Assembly: GCA_029573235.1 (NCBI GenBank)
Contig: JAKQGX010000035.1
Location: 9,367-73,366 of the forward strand
Source of the DNA: Bacteroidota bacterium
GTDB taxonomy: Bacteria; Bacteroidota; Bacteroidia; Chitinophagales; Chitinophagaceae
DNA length: 64,000 bases
Direction of reading: 5' to 3'
Made by a program: the position numbers and the translations under genes. Under the pieces are notes generated by a model, which ran no database searches, had not been told where the DNA came from, and saw only the letters and a list, made by a program, of their open reading frames with translations. This document shows positions 54,660 to 64,000 of the stretch, piece by piece (the first letter of the stretch is position 1; each line of letters starts with the position of its first letter).

Positions 54660-54889
54660 CGGGTTTCTTCAAACTCAATATATTCCCCTTTTTTAGAGGC
54701 GTCGTTTCGCTTTTGTTGTTGCTCTTGCTGTTTCGCTTGTTGCTGGTGCAGTTGGTCCATTTGCTTTTGCATATCACGCATTTTGTTGGTAACACTGCTG
54801 GTAATATGAAATAGCGGCAATAGAAAACGAGTGATGAAGCGAAGTATTACAACTAAGATGACCGCCCATAGTATGACACGAAAGATCAT
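54656..54889 (-). CDS. Small membrane protein with a Gln-rich tail (DUF4834-like)
   Basis: 77 aa. One or two N-terminal TM helices and a QQQAKQQEQQQK tail. Confidence 0.4.
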   Translation of the reverse strand: MIFRVILWAVILVVILRFITRFLLPLFHITSSVTNKMRDMQKQMDQLHQQQAKQQEQQQKRNDASKKGEYIEFEETR

Positions 54890-55114
54890 GGTGATGTTGA
54901 TTAGTATGGGTAAAGGTACAACAGATACAAATGCTTTGCTTCCTCGTAGTTAGTTCACACAATATTCTTGAGCTATACTTTTGTTAAAATACTTTAAGTG
55001 GGTGAATATCGAATGGCGGGCAAATTGAAAATTAACCGTATGATGCTATTCGCAAACTGATAGAGGCTAAATGCCTAATGCCAAAATGGGCGATGGAACT
55101 GTGAAGTACATTAC

Positions 55115-55153
55115 AAAAAAGAATGCCACCTGTTTTACAATCAGGTGGCATTC
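55115..55153 (-). terminator. Rho-independent terminator after rpsP
   Basis: 12-bp stem GAATGCCACCTG/CAGGTGGCATTC followed on the minus strand by TTTTTT. Confidence 0.85.
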
Positions 55154-55172
55154 TCGTTAATGAAAAAGAATA

Positions 55173-55703
55173 TTATTCTGCTGTTTCTGTAGAAGCACTT
55201 TCTTCGGTGTTGGCTTCAGATGTTTCTTCTGAAGTCGTTTCTTCGGCTGCTTTGGCAGCTGCCTTAGCCGCTTGTTTTTCTTCTACTTTTCTTACGCTTT
55301 CAGCCATTGCTGCGTGGCGTTTTTCAGCTTTATGTGCACGATGAGTTTCTTGGCGTTTGATTACTAATTCTTCATGCTCTCCGTTCCATTTTTCAAATTT
55401 GTCTAACGCTGTTTGTTGGTCAAACAAACCGAGGGTAACTCCTCTCATCAAGTGTTTTAGATATAGTACACCTTTGAACGAAAGAATACGGCGGCAAGTG
55501 TTGGTAGGCTGTGCTCCGTTTTGCAACCAATACAAAGAGCGTTCACGATTTAAGTGAATGCTGGCAGGGTTGGTCAAAGGGTTGTACGTACCTAACTTCT
55601 CAATAAATTTACCATCGCGAGGAGAAGTACTGTTGGCTACTACGATGTAGTAAAGTGGGCGTTTTTTTGAGCCGTGACGTTGTAAGCGGATTTTAGCTGA
55701 CAT
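55173..55703 (-). CDS. rpsP: 30S ribosomal protein S16 with a long charged C-terminal extension
   Basis: MSAKIRLQRHGSKKRPLYYIVVANSTSPRDGKFIEKLGTYNP is canonical S16. Total length is 176 aa, versus about 80-90 aa for the core protein. Confidence 0.93.
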   Translation of the reverse strand: MSAKIRLQRHGSKKRPLYYIVVANSTSPRDGKFIEKLGTYNPLTNPASIHLNRERSLYWLQNGAQPTNTCRRILSFKGVLYLKHLMRGVTLGLFDQQTALDKFEKWNGEHEELVIKRQETHRAHKAEKRHAAMAESVRKVEEKQAAKAAAKAAEETTSEETSEANTEESASTETAE

Positions 55704-55755
55704 AAATAATAGATATTATTATTGTTTTTAAATACAAAAAAAGATTTTAGGACGG

Positions 55756-55763
55756 CAAATGTA
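55756..55763 (-). promoter_or_regulatory. Candidate -7 box TACATTTG for rpsP
   Basis: The minus strand reads CATACATTTGCCGTCCTAAAATC, 52 nt upstream of ATG 55703. It shares the GCCGTCC block with the rplS and rpsL promoters. Confidence 0.5.
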
Positions 55764-55881
55764 TGGCACTATATTTAAAATAAAAAATAATTTTCCATAG
55801 ATGATTGGCGATACAATTTTCTGTTTTTAGAATGCAAGACGATGGCACAACATAGATATTTCTTATTTTGCACCGCTTATT

Positions 55882-56706
55882 ATGCATACAGAAGATAAAA
55901 TAGATGATTTGCTGCGTCGCGAAGAGGTGTTTCACGATGAATGGGCAATGAGTGAAAACGTTGATGATATTGACGTCAATGCGTTGTTTGAAAGCTTCGT
56001 TGCTTTTGAAAACAAATATATTCTAGAACAATTGGGCGACCTGAAAGGGAAAAAAATACTGGACGTGGGTGCCGGACTAGGAGAGAGTTCAGTATATTTT
56101 GCCTTGAAAGGGGCGGAGGTTTATTTCAACGACATCTCTCCTAAAATGGGAGAATTTGCTGAGAAGTTAGCTCAAAAACATGGGGTGAAATTGAATTATT
56201 TAATTGCCCCTATTGAGCACCTAGAGTTGCATAAAGATTTTTTTGACATCATCTATTGTGCCAACTTGATGCACCATGTACCCAAGCAAGACCAAGAAAT
56301 GTGGATAAAGACTATGTCCGAATCCTTAAAAGACAAAGGTATTTTGGTCACAACAGATCCTTTAAAATACAATCCGGCTATCAACTATTATCGTACGAAG
56401 GCAGAGGAAGTGAGGACCATAGACGAGGAGCCATTGGGATTTGATATCATTGCTTTGTATCAACGTTATTTTAAAAACGTACAACATAAAGAGTTTTGGC
56501 TGGCTACGCTGTGGTTGTTCATTTCTTACTATTTTATTCGTCGTTACAACCCCAATGAAATTCGTTACTGGAAGCGCATCTTCAAAGAAAAAGAAGAGAA
56601 AATAGGGTGGTGGTTCAATCCCCTAAAAGCGTTGGATAAAATTTTGCTTTCCGTTCCCGGCATCAAAAAGTTGGCTTGGAATATTGTGATTGTAGCCAGA
56701 AAATAA
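55882..56706 (+). CDS. Class I SAM-dependent methyltransferase
   Basis: 274 aa. ILDVGAGLGESSVYFALKGA motif I. Hydrophobic C-terminal segment. Confidence 0.75.
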   Translation: MHTEDKIDDLLRREEVFHDEWAMSENVDDIDVNALFESFVAFENKYILEQLGDLKGKKILDVGAGLGESSVYFALKGAEVYFNDISPKMGEFAEKLAQKHGVKLNYLIAPIEHLELHKDFFDIIYCANLMHHVPKQDQEMWIKTMSESLKDKGILVTTDPLKYNPAINYYRTKAEEVRTIDEEPLGFDIIALYQRYFKNVQHKEFWLATLWLFISYYFIRRYNPNEIRYWKRIFKEKEEKIGWWFNPLKALDKILLSVPGIKKLAWNIVIVARK

Positions 56707-56712
56707 TACGCT

Positions 56713-58329
56713 TTAAGGCATTACCTCAGTAATGACATTGCCCATGCACCCATTGGGCATTTGGATATGCAATAGAGCCGCCAACGTAGGGGCAATATCT
56801 TCCATATATACCGTTCTATTCGTTTTGCCGGGTACCACTTTCCATCCGAAAAATAAGAGAGGTATGTGTGTGTCGTAAGGATGCCAAGTACTATGCGTGG
56901 TACCCGTATTCCCATAGCCATAGTACCAACCGGGGTGGTTGATGATGAGCATATCGCCGCTTCGATTTCGGTTGTAACCATGAATCGCTTTTTGCTTTAT
57001 CGACTCCGGCACTGCCGCAGTGGAGAGGTTTTCCATATCAAGCACATAGGCTACTTGTGGTTTTTGTAACAGATATTCTTGCACCAGCGCTTTCACATCT
57101 TGGCGATTCATTTTTGAATGTTGAATGGCGGAGTCATTAAGGACAACTTGATAATTCTCTACACCTCTGATGAGGAGTGTTTGTCCAGTTTTTTGTTCTA
57201 CATAGCTGTTTAGCTGCTTGCCTAATGCTCTTTCCGATTCATTACCGGCAGGTATGTTCAGGCTGTTAAAATATTCAGCATTGTGTGCCGCGCCATGGTC
57301 GGCAGTGAGGAAGAATAAGTAGTTCCCTTTGCCTATCGTTTGGTCAAGATGCTTTAAAAAAGAAGCAATGTCTTTGTCTAACCGTAGGTAGGTATCTTCT
57401 ACTTCTATAGAATTGGGAGCATAGTTGTGCCCAATATAATCCGTTGCAGAAAGACTGATGCACAAAAAGTCAGTATGCTTTTTCCCAAGTCGTTCTCCGG
57501 AAATCGCAGCCTTTGCCATATCCAGTGTAAACGTGTTTCCTAAAGGTGTTTTACGAATGTCTTTATGGCTATTGGTATTAAACACATGAGGGAATATGGG
57601 GGAAGTTTCACCTTTTAACTTGCCTTCAAAAGGATTGTTATCCGGAAGGCTTTGAGTATAGCTGGCAAGGGGATACAACGTTTCCCATGCGGTACTGATG
57701 TAGGTTTTAGCAAGTTTTCTCTTATTAAATTCTTGAAGCCATTGCGGCAATTCGTTTTCATAATAATTGCTCGTAATAAAATTGCCGGTGCTATCATCAT
57801 ACCAATAGGCTTTTCCTAAATGTCCTGCCGGCAAGATGCTTCCCCTGTCTTTTAGAGAGATGCCCACAACTTTTGATTGAAATTGTGTTGCCAATCGCAG
57901 CTCATCGGTGATGGTAGTCGTCAGCAAGTTTTTTGGACTCATTTTTCCGGAGGACATACTTCCTCCAACCGGTAACACTAGTGCATCTTCAACGCAATAA
58001 CGATGCTTTCCTGTAGTGTTTTCAATCCAGTCATTTCCGGCTATGCCATGTATGGAAGGAACACTGCCGGTATAGATACAAGCATGCCCCGGTGCCGTAT
58101 AGCTGGGGAGGTAGTTTATCATTGTGTTCTCGCAACTATATCCTTGCTGCAACAAACGTTTAAACCCATCATTTCCATATCGGTTGTAATAACGATAGAG
58201 ATAATCCCACCGCATTTGATCCACTACCACACCAACTACCAATTGAGGGCGTACTAACGTTTGAGAAGGTTGTGAAAAACAAGTGCCTGCTACTAGAAGT
58301 GTAGCTATAAAAAGTCCTACTTTTTTCAT
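56713..58329 (-). CDS. Secreted alkaline phosphatase / nucleotide pyrophosphatase superfamily enzyme (PafA-like)
   Basis: 538 aa. Signal peptide, VVDQMRWDYL, PSYTAPGHACIYTG (nucleophile Thr context) and DHGA motifs. Confidence 0.8.
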   Translation of the reverse strand: MKKVGLFIATLLVAGTCFSQPSQTLVRPQLVVGVVVDQMRWDYLYRYYNRYGNDGFKRLLQQGYSCENTMINYLPSYTAPGHACIYTGSVPSIHGIAGNDWIENTTGKHRYCVEDALVLPVGGSMSSGKMSPKNLLTTTITDELRLATQFQSKVVGISLKDRGSILPAGHLGKAYWYDDSTGNFITSNYYENELPQWLQEFNKRKLAKTYISTAWETLYPLASYTQSLPDNNPFEGKLKGETSPIFPHVFNTNSHKDIRKTPLGNTFTLDMAKAAISGERLGKKHTDFLCISLSATDYIGHNYAPNSIEVEDTYLRLDKDIASFLKHLDQTIGKGNYLFFLTADHGAAHNAEYFNSLNIPAGNESERALGKQLNSYVEQKTGQTLLIRGVENYQVVLNDSAIQHSKMNRQDVKALVQEYLLQKPQVAYVLDMENLSTAAVPESIKQKAIHGYNRNRSGDMLIINHPGWYYGYGNTGTTHSTWHPYDTHIPLLFFGWKVVPGKTNRTVYMEDIAPTLAALLHIQMPNGCMGNVITEVMP

Positions 58330-58379
58330 GAAGTAATGATGACTAATAAATAGAATGTTATGAAAAATCTTTGTTGGTA

Positions 58380-58826
58380 TTACTTCTCAGAGATGGTTAT
58401 TTGCAACTCTATTTTATCTCCGGGCTGATTCACATTTTCTACCGTTATTTTATCTGTTTTAATACGGATTTTTCCACCATCTACAGTTATGGATGCTGTT
58501 TTATTGTCAACGTTACTGGCATAGACTCTTGTACTATCTTGTTTTACGGCAAATATGGCCAGCTCATTCGGTTGTTGAGGCGTACGTACAATGGAATAAT
58601 CTCCGGAAGCCATTGGTAATTTACCAAAATAAAAATTGATACCATTGCTGTACAAATCGACTACTGAAATAGCATTTGCCGTATCGTTGCGTGTTATTTC
58701 AGCTACTTTATATCGGGTGCCATCCAATATCCAGATATTGTCAATCAGATTTTTATTATCGGTTGTTTGGTTACAACTAGTGGTCAATACAAGCAAAGCG
58801 CTTAAAGCGAAGAGCAATGATTTCAT
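58380..58826 (-). CDS. Hypothetical lipoprotein
   Basis: 148 aa. Lipobox LTTSC. No recognisable family. Confidence 0.5.
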   Translation of the reverse strand: MKSLLFALSALLVLTTSCNQTTDNKNLIDNIWILDGTRYKVAEITRNDTANAISVVDLYSNGINFYFGKLPMASGDYSIVRTPQQPNELAIFAVKQDSTRVYASNVDNKTASITVDGGKIRIKTDKITVENVNQPGDKIELQITISEK

Positions 58827-59114
58827 AAAGGCTCAAAACTATTGATTTTTAGTAGATGTTTGAATGCATATTTTTTGAACAAATGTTGAATAGTAGTGCC
58901 AACTGTAGTCTTGCTAAATTCTCCCATTGTTTTTCAGATAAAAAAATATCATTCAAAGTAGTTAGTGTAATATATACTTTTGTTTAGGAATTTACTATTG
59001 ATTATTAATAACTTGTGCTAAGTAAGTTGGGTTTTACTTGTAATCTGGTTGCAGTTTCTCGTTGGAGGAAAATAAAAAAATGAAAAAAAAATCTTTTTCA
59101 ATAATAAAAAAACC

Positions 59115-59122
59115 TACCTTTG
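59115..59122 (+). promoter_or_regulatory. Candidate -7 box TACCTTTG for rpsL-rpsG
   Basis: CCTACCTTTGCCGTCCAAATTAAAAATTAG, 33 nt upstream of ATG 59156. Confidence 0.55.
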
Positions 59123-59155
59123 CCGTCCAAATTAAAAATTAGACACAAGTAAGCT

Positions 59156-59536
59156 ATGCCTACTATTCAACAATTAGTACGTAAAGGTCGTGAGCAAATC
59201 CGTGCAAAGTCAAAATCACCTGCATTGGATGTGTGTCCACAACGTCGCGGTGTATGTACCCGTGTATATACTACAACTCCAAAGAAGCCAAACTCTGCAT
59301 TACGCAAAGTGGCTAAAGTTCGTCTTACCAACAAAGTAGAGGTTATTGCATATATTCCTGGTGAAGGTCACAATTTACAAGAGCACAGTATCGTATTGAT
59401 ACGTGGTGGTCGTGTGAAAGATTTGCCGGGTGTACGTTACCACATCGTTCGCGGAGCGTTGGATACTGCCGGTGTGAAAGACCGTAAACAAAGCCGCTCT
59501 AAATACGGTACGAAAAAAGAAAAAGCAAAAAAATAA
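59156..59536 (+). CDS. rpsL: 30S ribosomal protein S12
   Basis: [13 protein letters not shown]...[18 protein letters not shown] is canonical S12. Confidence 0.97.
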   Translation: MPTIQQLVRKGREQIRAKSKSPALDVCPQRRGVCTRVYTTTPKKPNSALRKVAKVRLTNKVEVIAYIPGEGHNLQEHSIVLIRGGRVKDLPGVRYHIVRGALDTAGVKDRKQSRSKYGTKKEKAKK

Positions 59537-59566
59537 TTTAGTTCAACGTAATTTTTATATAATACA

Positions 59567-60034
59567 ATGAGAAAGGCACAAGCCAAAAAGCTTCCTTTAG
59601 CTCCGGATCCAAAATTTAACGATAAGCTCGTTACTCGTTTTGTAAACTGCCTGATGTGGGGTGGTAATAAAAGCATCGTATTAACAGCGTTTTATGATGC
59701 CCTTGATAAGGTTTCTAAAATGACTAATGAAGATGGATATGAAGTGTGGAAACGTGCTTTAGCAAATGTTACTCCTGCTGTTGAAGTTCGTAGCCGTCGT
59801 ATCGGTGGTGCTACCTTCCAAATTCCTTCTGAAGTACGTCCTGATCGTAAAATTTCGTTGAGCATGAAATGGTTGATTCGTTACAGCCGCGAACGTAACG
59901 GTAAATCTATTTCTGATAAATTAGCAAACGAAATAGTAGCTGCCAGCAAAGGCGAAGGTGCTGCTGTAAAGAAAAAAGAAGATACACACCGTATGGCAGA
60001 AGCCAACAAAGCATTTGCTCACTTTAGAGTATAA
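59567..60034 (+). CDS. rpsG: 30S ribosomal protein S7
   Basis: 155 aa. [16 protein letters not shown] and AFAHFR motifs. Confidence 0.97.
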   Translation: MRKAQAKKLPLAPDPKFNDKLVTRFVNCLMWGGNKSIVLTAFYDALDKVSKMTNEDGYEVWKRALANVTPAVEVRSRRIGGATFQIPSEVRPDRKISLSMKWLIRYSRERNGKSISDKLANEIVAASKGEGAAVKKKEDTHRMAEANKAFAHFRV

Positions 60035-60065
60035 CATTCATACAAAATCGTTTTTGGTTATATAG

Positions 60066-60092
60066 AGCCGTCGCGTTTGCGTCGGCTTTTTT
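60066..60092 (+). terminator. Rho-independent terminator after rpsG
   Basis: Stem AGCCGTCGC/GCGTCGGCT (one internal mismatch), GTTT loop, then TTTTTT. Confidence 0.75.
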
Positions 60093-60196
60093 ATTCCCCA
60101 TACTGTTCGGTAGATACTTTCCTCGTTTTCAGTCTGATCATATTGCATTACCTTTATCTACTTATTTTAATACATCTTTAAACAAGCGCTTAAATA

Positions 60197-63100
60197 ATGA
60201 AGAAACTATTACTGTGGATAGCGTCAGTTATTTTTTTGTGCCTTATTCATAATGATGTTTTGGCCCAAGTACCGGTGGCAAACTTTACGGTAGTGAGTGA
60301 TAGCGGTTGCAGTCCATTTTTAGTGCAATTCAACAACACCTCTACCGGCAGCCCTACTTCTTATCAATGGAACTTTGGTGATGGCTCGGGTATATCCACA
60401 TTGACAAATCCACAACATACATACAGTGCACCGGGAAGCTATACGGTTAGCCTTACTGCCATCAATAGCCAAGGCAGTAATATAAAAACAGTTGTGGGTG
60501 CTGTAGTGGTACTAAGTGTACCAACCGTCAATTTTTCAGCCAATGTTACTTCCGGTTGTTCTCCATTGACCGTTACGTTTACTGACAATTCTAATCCTAT
60601 ACTTAGCGGCCCCGCAACGTATCAGTGGGGGTTTGGAAATGGCAGCACGGCTGCTACACAACATGCTACTTATACGTTTACGATACCGGGTGTCTATCCT
60701 ATCACTCATACGGTTACCAATAGCGGCGGTTGTGTGACCTCATTAGTCAAGAACCAATATATAACGGTACATACACCGCCCGTTGCCGACTTTACCTTTG
60801 CCAATATTTGCAAGGCGAATAGCAATACTACCTTTACAACATCAGTATCAGGTAATGGTCCCTACACTTATAACTGGGATTTTGGAGATGGTACCAATGG
60901 CACTGCAAACAATCCTACACATGTGTACGCCATTGCGGGCAGTTATAATGTACGGTTGATTGTAACAGATGTCAATGGGTGCAAAGATACCGTCATAAAA
61001 ACTGTGTCGGTCGGTACGTTGAAAGCTGACTTTACCAGCCCTACCAATGTTTGTGTGAGCAGCCCGGTACTTTTTTCGAACACTTCCGCAGGCGCTGCAT
61101 ATTATGTTTGGGACTTTGGCGATGGGAGCCCTACTGTTTCTACTACCAACCCCGTACACATCTATTCGAACGTGGGTAACTACACCGTTACCTTGTATGC
61201 AACAGATGTAGCCAATTTGTGTACCGATACTTTTTCACGTACGATATCGGTAAAGCCGGGACCTAATGCCAGCTTTACTATGTCACCTGCTATTCCTTGT
61301 TCTAAAGCGGATACGATTTTTTTTACTAATACTTCTACGGGTGGCGTTGTGGCATCCTATTGGAATTTTGGCGATGGAGATACGTCCACAACCATGAACC
61401 CCAAGCATGTTTACACGTTTAATCGTGTATATGTGGTAATGCTTACGGTTACGGATACATTGGGTTGCAAAACCACGATTATGGTAGAAAAGCCAATATA
61501 CAAAGTGGTGGTAGATGTTACGAAGCAAGCAGATAGCGGCTATTGTTTGCCGGCAACAATCAAGTTCAACACTTCGTTGTATGGAATTTATGACTCGGTT
61601 GGTGCAATACCATTTAATATTCCTGTCACTATTACGAATATTATTTGGGATTTTGGAGATGGCTCTCCCACGACAACTAGTTTTTCTCCTACGCATACCT
61701 ACACCAATCAAGGCACTTATACAGTTTCTGTATCGGGTGTAACCAGTAACGGTTGTCTTTTTACAGATACCACCCATGTAACAGTAGCTAATAAACCAAC
61801 CGCTTTTTTTACTGCTAATAAAGACACTATTTGCGCCAAAGACTCCGTCTACTTTACCAATTTATCTACCAATGGGTTGAATTATGTATGGTATTTGTAC
61901 CAGTATCCGGATTGGATTCCTGATGATTATAGTACAGCTGCCAATCCGAATATTGCTATCAAATTTAACTACCCAAGGACATACTATGTAACGTTAGTGG
62001 CACTCAACGGTACTTGTGCCGATACATTTACGTTGCCTTATCCTATTGTAGTGTTGCCTCCGAATGCGGATTTTGGTTTTGTGGTCAGTTGTGATACGCC
62101 GGGACTGGTACGCTTCTTTGATACGTCGTTTGGTGGGGTAGTATCGCGCCTTTGGGACTTTGGTGATGGTCATTTCGATACTTCTAAATATCCAACACAT
62201 CAGTACTTGACCCAAAGCAGCTATACGGTAAAACTAACAGTTTACACAAATGGCCCTAAATGCACCACCGACGTAATGGTGCGACAGATAGACTTTACGC
62301 CCATTACGAGTGATTTTTTTGTATCGGATACTTTGGTATGTGTAGGAGATACCATTTGGTTAAGGGATACTTTTTCTGGTTCGGTTACAGACGTGAGGCA
62401 CTATATTGATTGGCCCTCTAACTTAAATATTTCTCTTCCCTACCATGTTTATTCACAAGGTGGGGTGTACACCATGGCGATGGTTTTTAAAAACGGAGTA
62501 GGGTGCAAAGACACGTCGGGTAAATACAATGTTATTCGAGTAGGTCATCCCTTACCCACGTTGTTGGCAGTGTCTTCAAGGGGATGTGCTCCTTTTACAA
62601 CAAATTTGATTGAGAACAATGTGAACACTCCGGGAGTGGCTAATGTTAAATGGCGGTGGCTTTTTGGCGATGGGCAAATGGACAGTTCATTAGTGCCTTC
62701 TAAACTGCATGTTTATTCTAATCCGGGAATATACTCTGTGAAGGTATGGGTGACCGATACAATCGGTTGTACAGATTCAGCAGAGCGGCTACAGTATATT
62801 GATGTTCACAAAATGTTTGCTCGTTTTGTAGCAGATGACACCACCGCATGTGTCAACCAAACGATCATTTTTTCTTCTAACGGAAGCTATACGATACCGT
62901 CGGGCATAACCCATACCTATTATTGGAATTTTGGCGACGGTTCTGCTCCATCTACCTTACCCAACCCAACACATACGTATAGCCAACCAGGCACCTACAC
63001 GGTTGTTTTTGCTATTACCGATTCGCTTGGCTGTACCGATACATTAGTGCGCACCAACTATATTCATGTACAAGACGTTCAGGCAGCATTTACGGCAAGC

Positions 63101-64000
63101 GACACCTACACTGTATGTCCTCCATTGAGTGTTCAGTTTACCAACAACAGTATCAATGCAGCCCAAAACAATTGGGATTTTGGCGATGGCGCTCATTCCA
63201 TTATTCCTTCTCCCATGAATATCTATACCAATTCCGGACTTTATACTGTAAGGCTTATTGCTACGAATAGCTACGGTTGTAAGGACACGGCTTGGGGTTC
63301 GATTAACGTATTAGGATATGCAGGTTTGCTGAATTATACGCCTTTAGTGGGCTGCAATCCCATGTCCGTAAACTTCTCAGCCGTGCTGACCAATATACAT
63401 GATTTTAAATGGGACTTTAGTGATGGTACGGTTGTCAATGGTACTTCATCCAGTACTAATCACACTTATACCTCTCCGGGCAAGTATATACCCAAAATTT
63501 TATTCTCCGATAGCTCTGGTTGCCTCAATTCCAGCATAGGCAAGGATACTATTTATGTGGACGAGGTCTTTGCACAATTTACCACCACACCCTTATGTGT
63601 CAATAGCGCCATACAATTCAGAGATACCTCATGGGGATATTTCTCTGCTGCCAAAAGTTGGGTATGGGACTTCAATAACGGGCAATACAGCAGCAACAAC
63701 AAAACACCAACCGCATACTTTCCTACGGCAGGTACTATACCCGTAGTGTTAATCGTTACGAATGCCAATGGTTGTAAAGACACTGTACGCTCCAATGTTA
63801 CCGTACATGATTTACCCTCCATAAAAGCACTTTATGATACCGTTATTTGTCTGGGCGATTCGGCTTTGTTACGAGGACAAGGGGGCGTGCAATATACATG
63901 GCAACCGGTTTCCACGCTTACTTGCCCTACTTGTTCTACTACTATGGCGTACCCTATTACAACTACCAACTATTACCTCACCGGTATCGATACCAATGGC
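60197..64000 (+). CDS. Giant secreted PKD-repeat surface protein, 3' end outside the window (partial, at least 1268 codons)
   Basis: Not in the supplied ORF track because no stop occurs before the window end. I translated the frame from ATG 60197 to 64000 by eye without meeting a stop. Signal peptide MKKLLLWIASVIFLCLIHNDVLAQ. About 14 units carry W-x-F-G-D-G, H-x-Y and G-C-x-D motifs. The last part (YTWQPVSTLTCPTCSTT...YYLTGIDTNG) resembles modules that precede gliding/T9SS C-terminal domains. Confidence 0.88.
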   Translation, partial: MKKLLLWIASVIFLCLIHNDVLAQVPVANFTVVSDSGCSPFLVQFNNTSTGSPTSYQWNFGDGSGISTLTNPQHTYSAPGSYTVSLTAINSQGSNIKTVVGAVVVLSVPTVNFSANVTSGCSPLTVTFTDNSNPILSGPATYQWGFGNGSTAATQHATYTFTIPGVYPITHTVTNSGGCVTSLVKNQYITVHTPPVADFTFANICKANSNTTFTTSVSGNGPYTYNWDFGDGTNGTANNPTHVYAIAGSYNVRLIVTDVNGCKDTVIKTVSVGTLKADFTSPTNVCVSSPVLFSNTSAGAAYYVWDFGDGSPTVSTTNPVHIYSNVGNYTVTLYATDVANLCTDTFSRTISVKPGPNASFTMSPAIPCSKADTIFFTNTSTGGVVASYWNFGDGDTSTTMNPKHVYTFNRVYVVMLTVTDTLGCKTTIMVEKPIYKVVVDVTKQADSGYCLPATIKFNTSLYGIYDSVGAIPFNIPVTITNIIWDFGDGSPTTTSFSPTHTYTNQGTYTVSVSGVTSNGCLFTDTTHVTVANKPTAFFTANKDTICAKDSVYFTNLSTNGLNYVWYLYQYPDWIPDDYSTAANPNIAIKFNYPRTYYVTLVALNGTCADTFTLPYPIVVLPPNADFGFVVSCDTPGLVRFFDTSFGGVVSRLWDFGDGHFDTSKYPTHQYLTQSSYTVKLTVYTNGPKCTTDVMVRQIDFTPITSDFFVSDTLVCVGDTIWLRDTFSGSVTDVRHYIDWPSNLNISLPYHVYSQGGVYTMAMVFKNGVGCKDTSGKYNVIRVGHPLPTLLAVSSRGCAPFTTNLIENNVNTPGVANVKWRWLFGDGQMDSSLVPSKLHVYSNPGIYSVKVWVTDTIGCTDSAERLQYIDVHKMFARFVADDTTACVNQTIIFSSNGSYTIPSGITHTYYWNFGDGSAPSTLPNPTHTYSQPGTYTVVFAITDSLGCTDTLVRTNYIHVQDVQAAFTASDTYTVCPPLSVQFTNNSINAAQNNWDFGDGAHSIIPSPMNIYTNSGLYTVRLIATNSYGCKDTAWGSINVLGYAGLLNYTPLVGCNPMSVNFSAVLTNIHDFKWDFSDGTVVNGTSSSTNHTYTSPGKYIPKILFSDSSGCLNSSIGKDTIYVDEVFAQFTTTPLCVNSAIQFRDTSWGYFSAAKSWVWDFNNGQYSSNNKTPTAYFPTAGTIPVVLIVTNANGCKDTVRSNVTVHDLPSIKALYDTVICLGDSALLRGQGGVQYTWQPVSTLTCPTCSTTMAYPITTTNYYLTGIDTNG
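60260..63830 (+). repeat. Intragenic tandem array of about 14 PKD-like coding repeats (period roughly 255-270 nt)
   Basis: Recurrent motifs are QWNFGDGSG, QWGFGNGST, NWDFGDGTN, VWDFGDGSP, YWNFGDGDT, IWDFGDGSP, LWDFGDGHF, RWLFGDGQM, YWNFGDGSA, NWDFGDGAH, KWDFSDGTV and VWDFNNGQY, plus two degenerate units. Confidence 0.8.

Noticed and set aside
60848-63822. Minus-strand ORFs (103, 164, 73 and 89 aa) and plus-strand ORFs 61515-61742 and 63555-63746, listed where no long ORF appears in the track.
   Set aside because: All overlap the uninterrupted PKD-repeat reading frame that starts at 60197. They are out-of-frame or antisense shadows.
60260-63830. A periodic repeat structure that might be mistaken for a CRISPR-like or satellite array.
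   Set aside because: The period is about 255-270 nt. The units are diverged at the DNA level, and all lie in one open protein-coding frame with PKD motifs. No short direct repeats with unique spacers were seen anywhere in the window.

Overview
This is a chromosomal window from a Bacteroidota-type genome. The evidence is recurrent TAnnTTTG -7 promoter boxes, a giant PKD-repeat surface protein with a signal peptide, and LolA/LptFG/KDO envelope genes. I support about 73 protein-coding genes, 2 tRNAs (both with a CAT anticodon), several rho-independent terminators, one frameshifted and truncated TPR gene, and one degenerate IS30-family transposase fragment. I saw no rRNA, CRISPR array, prophage, toxin-antitoxin module or recognisable defence module.

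Content is mostly housekeeping:
- Translation: rplKAJL, rplS, trmD, rpsP, rpsLG.
- Central metabolism: gap-pgk, gltA, two acyl-CoA dehydrogenases.
- Other core functions: rpoD, ung, plsC, aroK, cinA, kdsB, and ccmE-ccmF of cytochrome c maturation System I.

The items most worth follow-up are:
1. 47743-48753: a transaldolase/FSA-type aldolase barrel fused to a KdsD/KpsF-type CBS pair. It sits at the head of a kdsC-like/kdsB gene run where an arabinose-5-phosphate isomerase would be expected.
2. 14739-19372: a six-gene Rrf2-linked putative nitrosative-stress/Fe-S repair operon. It has four DUF2249-like modules, an uncharacterised 12-TM His-rich membrane protein, and a perfect 9-6-9 palindrome at its promoter.
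3. 11531-11923: a CcmE with CxxxY in place of the usual HxxxY heme-binding motif.
4. Four conserved operons broken within this one window (rplL without rpoBC, rpsG without fusA, rpsP apart from trmD-rplS, atpZ-like leader genes without atpB).
5. 60197 to beyond 64000: an open-ended PKD-repeat gene of at least 1268 codons that is absent from the supplied ORF track.

All calls come from reading the sequence and translations by eye. No database search was run. Hairpin and promoter coordinates are manual.
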